Below are positions 27,203-36,618 of a DNA stretch of 64,000 nt, in pieces. The stretch is from Verrucomicrobiia bacterium (GTDB taxonomy: Bacteria; Verrucomicrobiota; Verrucomicrobiia; Limisphaerales; Palsa-1400). The DNA lies in NCBI GenBank assembly GCA_036501625.1, contig DASXZY010000078.1, positions 21,040 to 85,039 of the forward strand, given 5' to 3'. The notes under the pieces were generated by a model. It did no database searches and was not told where the DNA came from. It worked only from the letters and a program-made list of their open reading frames with translations. Each line of letters opens with the position of its first letter. Within the stretch, counting starts at the first letter, position 1. A program made the translations under genes and the position numbers.

Positions 27203-28078
27203 ATGCTTTTTAACGTTATCGGTCTCGGAGAAATCCTCTGGGACATCCTGCCTGATGGCCGACAGCTCGGTGGCGCACCGGCCAATTTCGCGTTTCACGC
27301 CCGTGGCTTGGGCGCCCGCAGCCGGGTCATCTCGCGCGTCGGCCCCGATGACCTTGGCCGCGAAATCCTGCAACGCCTCCAAGTTCTCGGTTTGTCCACC
27401 CAGGAAATTCAAATCGATCCCTCCGCTCCGACCGGCACAGTCACCGTGGAACTTTCTCTCGATGGCCAGCCGCGCTACACCATCCATGAAAACGTGGCTT
27501 GGGACTGCCTGGCCGTGACCGATTCCGCGCTGGCCGCCGCCGCCGAAGCGGACGCCGTCTCGTTTGGCACGCTGGCCCAGCGATGCGGCGTGTCGCGCCA
27601 TGCGATTCAGTCGCTTCTGGCCGCAATCCGCCCCGGCGCGTTGCGCATCCTGGACCTCAACCTGCGCCAGCATTATTTCTCCAGGGAGGTCATCGAAACG
27701 TCGCTCGGTTTGGCCAATCTCCTCAAATTCAACGATGCCGAACTGCCCGTGCTGGCGGAGTTGCTGGGTTTGCGTGGCGGCGCGCGCGAACAAATCGAGC
27801 AATTGGCGGCGAAATACGCCTTGCGCTGCGTATGTTTGACACGGGGCGCGCATGGCAGCCTGCTCCACAGCGGCGGCCAATGGTCCGACGATCCCAGCCG
27901 GCCTGTCGCTGTCAAAGATACAATCGGCGCGGGCGACGCCTTCACCGCCGCGCTGGCCTTGGGCCTGCTGGAAGGCCGTTCACTTGACTCCATAAACCTC
28001 CGCGCCAATCAGGTTGCCCGCTATGTCTGTTCCCAGGAGGGCGCCACGCCGCTGCTGCCGGATTTCCCCTGGGAATAG
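27203..28078 (+). CDS. PfkB-family carbohydrate kinase (fructokinase-like)
   Basis: GLGEILWDILPDGRQLGGAPANFAFH and the ATP/anion-hole motif DTIGAGDAFTAAL. Confidence 0.85.
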   Translation: MLFNVIGLGEILWDILPDGRQLGGAPANFAFHARGLGARSRVISRVGPDDLGREILQRLQVLGLSTQEIQIDPSAPTGTVTVELSLDGQPRYTIHENVAWDCLAVTDSALAAAAEADAVSFGTLAQRCGVSRHAIQSLLAAIRPGALRILDLNLRQHYFSREVIETSLGLANLLKFNDAELPVLAELLGLRGGAREQIEQLAAKYALRCVCLTRGAHGSLLHSGGQWSDDPSRPVAVKDTIGAGDAFTAALALGLLEGRSLDSINLRANQVARYVCSQEGATPLLPDFPWE

Positions 28079-28264
28079 CAAGCCTCCGGCATTTGCCTGC
28101 CGCCCGCGCGGAGCGCTGCCAAAGCTATGACCGCGCCGCAAAATGCTACCAAGGTGGGCGGCGTTTCGGCGCCCGGCCATGAGCGCGTTTGCTATTCCGA
28201 AAACGAAATAATCCCCCGCAAATTGTCATTCATATCATTCCGCGATAATTTTAAGGTTCAGGCG

Positions 28265-28293
28265 TTGACTTCATCGCCCTGCTGTCGTAACAA
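28265..28293 (+). promoter_or_regulatory. sigma70-like promoter TTGACT-N17-TAACAA ending 7 nt before ATG 28301
   Basis: Read directly. The spacing would place the transcription start at or next to the start codon (possible leaderless mRNA). Confidence 0.3.
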
Positions 28294-28300
28294 AGCGGCG

Positions 28301-28630
28301 ATGACAAATCTGCAAGATTTAACGACGAATCAACTAAAGCGTATTATTGCCATCAAAGAGCAAATTGAAACGCTTCAAAATGAACTGGCTTCCGTGACTG
28401 GCAATGGCGGTCATGCCACCGGCAAACGGCGCCTTTCCGCCGCTGGGCGGGCCGCGATTATCGCGGGCGCCAAAGCCAGGTGGTCCCGCGCTCGCGGAGG
28501 CAAAGCGGCAGCTCCGAAAGCGGCCAAGAAGGGCGACCGGCGCAGCAGCCCGGCTGTCCGGGCCAAGCTTGCCGCCGCCGCCAAGGCCCGATGGGCCAGG
28601 GCGAAGGCCTCAGGCCAGAATAAACTGTAA
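28301..28630 (+). CDS. small basic protein with an N-terminal coiled coil and a duplicated AKARW motif
   Basis: ATG 28301 inside track ORF 28127-28630. MTNLQDLTTNQLKRIIAIKEQIETLQNEL, then RRLSAAGRAAIIAGAKARWSRARG and RRSSPAVRAKLAAAAKARWARAKA. No family name recognised. Confidence 0.45.
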   Translation: MTNLQDLTTNQLKRIIAIKEQIETLQNELASVTGNGGHATGKRRLSAAGRAAIIAGAKARWSRARGGKAAAPKAAKKGDRRSSPAVRAKLAAAAKARWARAKASGQNKL

Positions 28631-28718
28631 GCTTTCGGCGCCAGCCGAATTCTTTACGCGCCGACGCACAAAGTGCGGGCGGGTCTCCCTGTTCTAGGCG
28701 CGTCCAAAATGGAGAGTC

Positions 28719-31271
28719 ATGAGAGTTGCCAGACTATTTTGCCGGCTGTCAGGATGGGGTGTCCTTTTTGCTTTTTGGTGCGGCGCGGTTGCGGCCCAGG
28801 AGATCAATCCTTACCCGCGGGCCGTCATCAATGCCAGCAAGCTGATCGAGTGGACGTTCCAAGCGGACACCGCCGGATGGACGGCGGCGCATGATTGCTC
28901 CATCGCCGTCGCCGGCGGAGTTCTGCGCATTGAAAGCAGCGGCAATGATCCCTACCTTTTTGGCCCGTCCATTCACATCGAAGGGCCGGCCGCCGCGCTG
29001 GTCCGCCTCAAATGCGCCATCGGCGGCAACGCGCAAATTTTCTGGGCCACTGCCGCCGCGCCCGATTTCAACGAAGAGAATAGCACGCATTTCCATCTTA
29101 TTCATGACAGCCAGTGGCACGATTACATCGTTGAACTGGCTCCCGGCGGCACGATGACGCGATTGCGCCTGGACCCCGCGGAAGCGCCGGGCCTCATCGA
29201 AGTTTCATCCTTTCAAGTCATCCAGCAGACGCGGCATCCGCTGGAAATCCAATCCGTCCGCACCGATGGCGGCAGGATCACCGTCAAGTTGAAGAATTAC
29301 GCCCCCCAGCCGCTCGCGTTTGGGATGGCGGGCCACGCTTTCAGTTTGGGCGCGGATGCCACTGGAGAATTTTCCATAACCGTGCCGGGCAACACGCCAT
29401 TCCGCACTGAAGACCTGGCCCTTCAGACGCGGGGCCTGCCCATCCTTCACCGGATGGTTTCTCTAATTGACCCTGACGTCGAAACCGATTGGGCGAATCT
29501 CACCTCGGACAGCCTGGCCGTTGAGGCCGCTCGCGACGGTTCGGGCGCCCGCATTAAACTGGGCGGCCGCGTGGTGGCCGTTTTGGCTCCGCTAATTAGC
29601 ATCGACGGCGCGCTTCCCAAAATGACGCTGACCGACAGCGGCGGCGTTCTGCTCTGGCGCGGCGAGGGCCTTTCAGCCTCGCTTTCCCTCCGCGGCAGCG
29701 AGATTGCGTTCAAGATTGAAAGCGAGCGCGCGTGCGAAGGCCCCGTGCTTCGCGCCTTCGGCCCGCTCGAGCAAGGGCTTTTTCCGGGATTGGAGTACTT
29801 GGCCAAGGGCGAGCATTCGTCATCAACTCTGGATATTGAAACCGATGAGCACATCCGCTTCGCGCCCGACCCAATGAAAGTGACCATGCCGCTGATGGCC
29901 TTCGTGACAGACCGCGCGACGGCCGCCCTCGCGTGGCAGGACATGTCCTTGCAGCCGGTCTTCGCGACGCCCAATTTTATGGACGGCCCCGATGGCCATC
30001 GCGCTTCGCTGCGCGGGAAAAAAATCGAAGGCACGGTCCTCATCCGCCCGCCCGCGCCCATTGAGGACGCGATCTTGTGGGCCGTGCAACGAAGAGGCTT
30101 GCCGCCGCTGCCCGCCGCGCCGCGCTCGCGCCAGGATGAGTTCGACCTGTGCTTGAAAACGTTAAGCGGCCCGCCGCTCAAGACCGCCGATGGCTGGGGC
30201 CATTGCGCCGAAGCATCCTGGGCGCGCGAACCGTATGCCGACCAGGCCTCGACCGTGTGGCGATTGACGGGGCAGGCGCCATCGCTGCCGCGTTTGGTTC
30301 CCGGCGGCGCGCACATTGTCAACGATTCGATTTATTTCGTGACCGGCCGCGCCCATGAATGGCTGGAAATGCGCTCGGCTGCCGCGCGCGGGATCATGGC
30401 CGCGCAAAAGCCCGACGGCTCGTTTCGTTACGAGGGCAAATTACGACGGGGCCACTTTGAAGATACCGCCAGCGGCTATTGCGCGGCCAGCGCCTTCCAA
30501 TTGTTGGACTTCGCCCGCTTTACCGGCGATGCCGCCGCGCTCCAGGCCGGCCTGAAGGCGCTGGAATTCATGAAACATTTCCACGACCCGCGCGGCGCGC
30601 AAACTTGGGAAGTCCCGCTGCACACGCCGGACATCCTGGCCTCCGCCTATCTCGTGCATGCCTGCGTGCGCGGCTATCAGTTGACAGGCCAGCGTGACTA
30701 TCTTGAACGCGCCCGCGCCTGGGCTATCAGCGGCCTGCCGTTTGTCTACCAATGGGGCAACGAGCCGGTCATGTCCTACGCGACGATCGCCGTTTTCGGC
30801 GCGACCGGCTGGCGCGCTCCCGATTGGATGGGCCTCCCCGTGCAATGGTGCGGTTACGATTACGCTTACGCGCTGGCCATGCTCGCGCCGCTGGATCAAA
30901 CGCTGGATTGGAAGAAAATCGCCTCTGGGATTGACATCACGGCCGAGCAAATGCAATTCCCCAGCGGCCCATTCGCGGGATGCGAACCGGACTCGTTCAT
31001 CCTCGCTTCCCAGCATCGCAATGGCCCGGCCATCAATCCCTGCGCGCTGGTCAGCCTCCATTTGGCGCTGGAAGGCAAAGTGGATTCCCTGGCGGTCGCC
31101 ATCGCCGGCGGCCATCGCGTCGCGGCCCCATTTCCGGTGGAGATCGCGGACAACGAGGCTCGCGTCGAGGCGCGGGCGGGCGTGCATTACCAAGTCTTGA
31201 TCGATGGCGCGCGCGCGGTGGACGTGGTCTCGCGCGGCACGGACATGATTCCCCTGGATGCCGCCAAATGA
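28719..31271 (+). CDS. large secreted protein of unknown function
   Basis: Signal peptide MRVARLFCRLSGWGVLFAFWCGAVAAQE; 850 aa. The helix-rich C-terminal half (YLVHACVRGYQLTGQRDYLERARAWAISGLPF) is only weakly reminiscent of alpha/alpha-toroid glycosidase-like folds. Confidence 0.55.
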   Translation: MRVARLFCRLSGWGVLFAFWCGAVAAQEINPYPRAVINASKLIEWTFQADTAGWTAAHDCSIAVAGGVLRIESSGNDPYLFGPSIHIEGPAAALVRLKCAIGGNAQIFWATAAAPDFNEENSTHFHLIHDSQWHDYIVELAPGGTMTRLRLDPAEAPGLIEVSSFQVIQQTRHPLEIQSVRTDGGRITVKLKNYAPQPLAFGMAGHAFSLGADATGEFSITVPGNTPFRTEDLALQTRGLPILHRMVSLIDPDVETDWANLTSDSLAVEAARDGSGARIKLGGRVVAVLAPLISIDGALPKMTLTDSGGVLLWRGEGLSASLSLRGSEIAFKIESERACEGPVLRAFGPLEQGLFPGLEYLAKGEHSSSTLDIETDEHIRFAPDPMKVTMPLMAFVTDRATAALAWQDMSLQPVFATPNFMDGPDGHRASLRGKKIEGTVLIRPPAPIEDAILWAVQRRGLPPLPAAPRSRQDEFDLCLKTLSGPPLKTADGWGHCAEASWAREPYADQASTVWRLTGQAPSLPRLVPGGAHIVNDSIYFVTGRAHEWLEMRSAAARGIMAAQKPDGSFRYEGKLRRGHFEDTASGYCAASAFQLLDFARFTGDAAALQAGLKALEFMKHFHDPRGAQTWEVPLHTPDILASAYLVHACVRGYQLTGQRDYLERARAWAISGLPFVYQWGNEPVMSYATIAVFGATGWRAPDWMGLPVQWCGYDYAYALAMLAPLDQTLDWKKIASGIDITAEQMQFPSGPFAGCEPDSFILASQHRNGPAINPCALVSLHLALEGKVDSLAVAIAGGHRVAAPFPVEIADNEARVEARAGVHYQVLIDGARAVDVVSRGTDMIPLDAAK

Positions 31272-31318
31272 TTTTTGCATTTACCTTTTCGCGCTGAATC
31301 CGCAATGATTCCCTCAAC

Positions 31319-32635
<1,317 letters not shown>

Positions 32636-32685
32636 TCGCGCGGAGCTTTCCGCGATTGAACCTTATGAATCCACATTACAACATT

Positions 32686-33678
32686 ATGAAAACATTTCGT
32701 GCCGGCCCTTTGTTGCTGCTCGGTTTTCTGTGCGCCTTTCTCCAAGGGCGGGCCGATGCCGCTGAAAATCCATTTGACGGTGATTGGGCGCTGACGATTC
32801 CCGGCAACCACGCCGGATGGCTTGGCGTCGAAACGGAAGGGGACCAGGTTAACGCGCAAATGCTATGGGGCTGGGGCAGCGTCTTCAAATTGGATGGCGC
32901 GAAGCTCGAAGGAGACAAACTCGTTTTGACAAGATTGCACGAAACCGGAAGCAAGAAGGCCCCGGCCAAAGTCACGGAAACCATCACCGTCACCCGCGAT
33001 GGCGATTCGCTCCAGCTTGTCTCCGTCCAGCCCAAGGCCAAAGGCGGCGGCGAAGACCGCGCCGAATTTACCGGCAAACGTCTTCCGCCGATGCCTCCCG
33101 CGCCGGATTTGAGCGCTGTAAAATTCGGCGGCCCAATCCGATTGTTCAACGGCCAGAATCTCGACGGCTGGCGCCCGGTCGAAACCGGCGCCGTCAACGG
33201 CTGGGGTGTGGCCGATGGAATCCTCTTTAACAAGGCGGACAAGGAAGAGGGCGGCAAGAGTTACGCCAATCTTCGGACCGACGCGGAATTTGAGGATTTC
33301 ATGCTCCACGCCGAAACGCGCCTGTCCAAAGACGGCAACAGCGGCATCTATTTGCGCGGCATTTACGAAGTGCAGGTTTATGATAGTTACGGCAAACCGC
33401 TGGACTCGCACAACATGGGCGCGATTTACAGCCGGATCAAGCCAGCCGCCAGCGCCGAAAAGCCCGCTGGCGAATGGCAGACATTGGACATTACCTGCGT
33501 GGATCGCCATGCCACGGTCGTGCTCAACGGCGTCAAAATCATCGACAACCAGCCTATTCTCGGGCCGACGGGCGGCGCCCTTTGGCCGGAAGTGGACAAA
33601 CCCGGCCCAATTTATCTGCAAGGCGACCATACGGGCATTGAATATCGGAACATCTCTTTGCGTCCAGTTATCCGCTGA
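32686..33678 (+). CDS. DUF1080 (3-keto-disaccharide hydrolase-like) domain protein, secreted
   Basis: ATG 32686 gives signal peptide MKTFRAGPLLLLGFLCAFLQGRADA. C-terminal NSGIYLRGIYEVQVYDSYGK..MGAIYSRIKP..GEWQTLDI..VVLNGVKI..GPIYLQGDHTGIEYRNI. Confidence 0.85.
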   Translation: MKTFRAGPLLLLGFLCAFLQGRADAAENPFDGDWALTIPGNHAGWLGVETEGDQVNAQMLWGWGSVFKLDGAKLEGDKLVLTRLHETGSKKAPAKVTETITVTRDGDSLQLVSVQPKAKGGGEDRAEFTGKRLPPMPPAPDLSAVKFGGPIRLFNGQNLDGWRPVETGAVNGWGVADGILFNKADKEEGGKSYANLRTDAEFEDFMLHAETRLSKDGNSGIYLRGIYEVQVYDSYGKPLDSHNMGAIYSRIKPAASAEKPAGEWQTLDITCVDRHATVVLNGVKIIDNQPILGPTGGALWPEVDKPGPIYLQGDHTGIEYRNISLRPVIR

Positions 33679-33752
33679 CGCGTGCAGCGCCCAGATCGGG
33701 TTCGGTCGAAAATAGGGAAAAATAAGAAATTCGGGAAAAATAAAAAAAGCCC

Positions 33753-33781
33753 TTGACGCTTTGGCTGTAATTATGTAATTT
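33753..33781 (+). promoter_or_regulatory. sigma70-like promoter of the GbsR-type regulator gene
   Basis: TTGACG (33753-58) followed 13-17 nt later by the AT-rich TATGTAATTT (33772-81). Preceded by a duplicated A-tract GGGAAAAATAA (33715-25 and 33733-43). Confidence 0.45.
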
Positions 33782-33797
33782 CTGTAGTGACAGAAAT
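33778..33797. promoter_or_regulatory. perfect inverted repeat ATTTCTGT-N4-ACAGAAAT (candidate operator 1)
   Basis: Read directly; overlaps the -10/start region, 10 nt before the regulator ATG. Confidence 0.55.
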
Positions 33798-33806
33798 AAT
33801 TGAAAT

Positions 33807-34337
33807 ATGAGTCCGCTCAGTCCAGTCCAGCAAAAGTTCATCCTCCATTGGGGCGAAATGGGCGCCCGCTGGGGCATTAACCGGACGGTCGCTCAGATTC
33901 ACGCGCTTCTTTACCTCGCGCCCGCCCCGCTTCACGCCGAGGCCATCGCGGAGACCCTCGGTGTGGCCCGCTCCAATGTCAGCAACAGCCTCAAGGAGTT
34001 GCAAGGCTGGCGCATCGTCAGATTGGTCCATGTCATGGGTGACAAACGAGATCATTTCGAATCCATGCAGGATGTGTGGGAGATGTTCCGCATCGTGCTT
34101 GATGAGCGAAAACGCCGGGAAATCGATCCCACGCTGGCCTTGCTGAAGGATTGCATCCAGGAGGCGGACAAGGACAAGGGCGCGGACAAGCACACGATTC
34201 AGCGGCTGCGCGCGCTGCAGGACTTTTTCCAAAAGACGACCCAGTGGTACACGCAAATCAGCCGGCTGCCGTCCGGGGCCCTGTCCAAATTTGTCGCCGC
34301 TGGCGACAAGGTGCTAAAGGCGCTGGGACTGGGCTGA
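33807..34337 (+). CDS. GbsR/MarR-family winged-helix transcriptional regulator
   Basis: QQKFILHWGEMGARWGINRTVAQIHALLYLAPAPLHAEAIAETLGVARSNVSNSLKELQGWRIV..GDKRDHFE is the typical GbsR-type N-terminal wHTH. Confidence 0.8.
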   Translation: MSPLSPVQQKFILHWGEMGARWGINRTVAQIHALLYLAPAPLHAEAIAETLGVARSNVSNSLKELQGWRIVRLVHVMGDKRDHFESMQDVWEMFRIVLDERKRREIDPTLALLKDCIQEADKDKGADKHTIQRLRALQDFFQKTTQWYTQISRLPSGALSKFVAAGDKVLKALGLG

Positions 34338-34354
34338 AAATTTTTTAAGCTTAT

Positions 34355-34384
34355 AATTCTGTGAATGCGGAAATGACAGAAATT
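34355..34384. promoter_or_regulatory. inverted repeat AATTCTGT-N13-ACAGAAATT (candidate operator 2), abutting a perfect TATAAT (34352-57)
   Basis: Same half-sites as operator 1. Located between the regulator stop (34337) and the first ATGs of the acyltransferase gene. Confidence 0.5.
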
Positions 34385-35188
34385 ATGAAAAACTATGGAT
34401 GGCTCGAAATGTGGGCTTTGGCCGCCCTGCTGTTTTTCTGCGCCAAATGGCTCACGCTCGTCCCATTGCGAGGCGCGGCCGCTCTTCCGTCCCGGAGCCG
34501 CTTGGCGGGCTACGCCTTCCTCTGGCCCGGACTGGATGCGAACGCCTTTTGCGGATCTGCCCGCGCCTTGCGGCCGCCGGCGCGCGAATGGGTTTGGGCG
34601 GCAGCGAAAACGGCCTTCGGCGCGGGCCTCATCTGGCTGGGCGCGCCTTTGTTTTTCCCGGCGAATCCGCTTGCGGCTGCCTGGGTGGCAATGGCCGGCA
34701 TTGTCTTTCTGCTGCATTTCGGAGTGTTTGGGCTGATCTCGCTCGGCTGGCGCGCCGCCGGAGTCAACGCCGCGCCCATCATGCGCTCGCCCATGGCCGC
34801 GACCTCGCTGGGCCGCTTCTGGGGCGCGTGTTGGAACAGGGCTTTCAGTGATTTGATGCATGCGCATTTCTTCGCCCCGTGGGCCAGGCGAATCGGCGCG
34901 CGCAACGCGATGCTCGGAGTTTTTCTCGTGTCGGGACTGGCGCACGAATTGGTCATTTCCGTCCCCGCGCGCGGTGGCTATGGCTGGCCGACATTCTACT
35001 TTACGCTGCAAGCGGCCGGTTCTTGCCTGGAACGGGGGCGGCTGGGCCGGTGGCTCGGATTGGGCCGCGGTTTCCGGGGCTGGCTGTTCACCTTGATCGC
35101 CGCAGCCGGGCCGGCGTATTGGCTGTTTCATCCCATTTTCATCCGCCGCGTCATTTTGCCGATGCTCCATGCCATCGGCGCAACCTGA
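34361..35188 (+). CDS. membrane-bound O-acyltransferase-like protein (MBOAT_2 / wax-synthase-like)
   Basis: Multi-pass; GRFWGACWNRAFSDLMHAHFF..GVFLVSGLAHELV matches the FW-x-RWN..SG-x-HE signature. Start may be ATG 34373 or 34385 rather than GTG 34361. Confidence 0.6.
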   Translation: MNAEMTEIMKNYGWLEMWALAALLFFCAKWLTLVPLRGAAALPSRSRLAGYAFLWPGLDANAFCGSARALRPPAREWVWAAAKTAFGAGLIWLGAPLFFPANPLAAAWVAMAGIVFLLHFGVFGLISLGWRAAGVNAAPIMRSPMAATSLGRFWGACWNRAFSDLMHAHFFAPWARRIGARNAMLGVFLVSGLAHELVISVPARGGYGWPTFYFTLQAAGSCLERGRLGRWLGLGRGFRGWLFTLIAAAGPAYWLFHPIFIRRVILPMLHAIGAT

Positions 35189-35199
35189 AAGGACAACAT

Positions 35200-35625
35200 A
35201 TGAATACATCCTCACTCATCCTCCTTCTGCGAATCGCCGGCGTGCTGCATCTGGGGTTGATTGCCGCCGGCGCGCTGATGCCGCGGGCCGTGCATTTGCG
35301 CGAACACCTCAAAACGCTCCCTCCGTTCATCCGGCGGTTGTTTTGGGTGTACTACATATTTATTGGATTATGCCTGGTGAGCTTCGGCTCGCTTTCCGTC
35401 GGATTCGCGGTCGCGCTGGCCTCCGGCGCTCCGCTGGCGCGGGCTGTATGCGCGTTCTTGTCGGTCTTTTGGACCGTGCGTTTGATAGCCGCGGTGTTCG
35501 TTTTTGACGTTCGCCCGTATTTGACAGGCAAGTATTTGCGCTTGGGCTGGCACGCAACAAATCTGGCCTTTATGTATCTGCCAGCCGCCTACGCGCTGGC
35601 CGCCTGGAAAGGAGGCACGCCATGA
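35200..35625 (+). CDS. small four-segment membrane protein, unknown function
   Basis: ATG 35200, 11 nt after the upstream stop. MNTSSLILLLRIAGVLHLGLIAAGALM.. Its stop overlaps the next start (ATGA). Confidence 0.5.
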   Translation: MNTSSLILLLRIAGVLHLGLIAAGALMPRAVHLREHLKTLPPFIRRLFWVYYIFIGLCLVSFGSLSVGFAVALASGAPLARAVCAFLSVFWTVRLIAAVFVFDVRPYLTGKYLRLGWHATNLAFMYLPAAYALAAWKGGTP

Positions 35626-36614
35626 AAATCGCGATCACGGGCGGAACGGGTTTTGTCGGGCGTTCCATCGCGCGGGAATTGCTCGGCGCCGGCCATGAAG
35701 TCGTTTTGATCGCGCGCGGGCTCGATCAAACCTGCCCGTCCATTCGGCAGCAGCCCGGCGTTCGGTTCATAGCCGCGGGCCTGAATGACACGGATAAGCT
35801 GGCTTCGGCGCTGGCCGGTTGCGATGCGGTGGCGCACTGCGCGGGCATCAACCGGGAGCTGGGCGCGCAAACCTACCCAAACGTTCATATTGACGGAACG
35901 CGGCATTTGGTGGAAGCCGCGCGGCGGGCCGGAGTGCGAAAGATCGCGATGATCAGCTTTCTGCGCGCGCGCCCTCACGGAGGCGCGGCTTATCACGCCT
36001 CCAAGTGGGCGGCGGAAGAAATCGTCCGCGGCTCCGGCCTGAATTACACGATCTTCAAATGCGGAGTCATCTATGGCAAGGGCGATCATATGCTTGACCG
36101 TCTCAGCCATGCGTTCCACACCTTTCCGTTGTTTGCATTTGTGGGATTCAAAGACAAGCCCATCCGGCCCCTGGCGGTGGAGGACATCGCGCGCCTGGTG
36201 AAGGCCTCTCTGGCCAATGGCGCGCTCTCCGGCCGGACCGCAGCGGCGATGGGGCCTGAAACATTGACCTTGCGCGGCGCCGTCCGGCGCGTGGCGCGCG
36301 TGACGGGCCGGCATCCGTTGATGTTTCCGATGCCCGTGTGGTTTCATTTCGCGCTGGGCTGGCTGGCCGAGAAAGTGATGGCGACGCCGCTGGTTTCAGT
36401 TTCGCAAGTGAGGATGCTAAGCGAGGGATTGGCCGAGTCCAACCCGCCCTGCGAAGAGCTTGCTCCAGACTTGGCGCCGAGCATCCCATTCAGCGAGGAG
36501 CAAATCCGCCAGGGCCTGCCCGCGCCCGGCTCATTCACATGGCGGGACCTGCGATGGTTCCGCGCTTCCGCGAAGAGCGCCCATCATTCCCGCGCCTTTT
36601 TTCAACTGCCGTAA
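35622..36614 (+). CDS. NAD(P)-binding SDR-family epimerase/dehydratase-like protein (NDUFA9/NmrA-like)
   Basis: MKIAITGGTGFVGRSIARELLGAGHEVVLIARG Rossmann motif; YHASKWAAEE (YxxxK). Confidence 0.85.
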   Translation: MKIAITGGTGFVGRSIARELLGAGHEVVLIARGLDQTCPSIRQQPGVRFIAAGLNDTDKLASALAGCDAVAHCAGINRELGAQTYPNVHIDGTRHLVEAARRAGVRKIAMISFLRARPHGGAAYHASKWAAEEIVRGSGLNYTIFKCGVIYGKGDHMLDRLSHAFHTFPLFAFVGFKDKPIRPLAVEDIARLVKASLANGALSGRTAAAMGPETLTLRGAVRRVARVTGRHPLMFPMPVWFHFALGWLAEKVMATPLVSVSQVRMLSEGLAESNPPCEELAPDLAPSIPFSEEQIRQGLPAPGSFTWRDLRWFRASAKSAHHSRAFFQLP

Positions 36615-36618
36615 ACGA

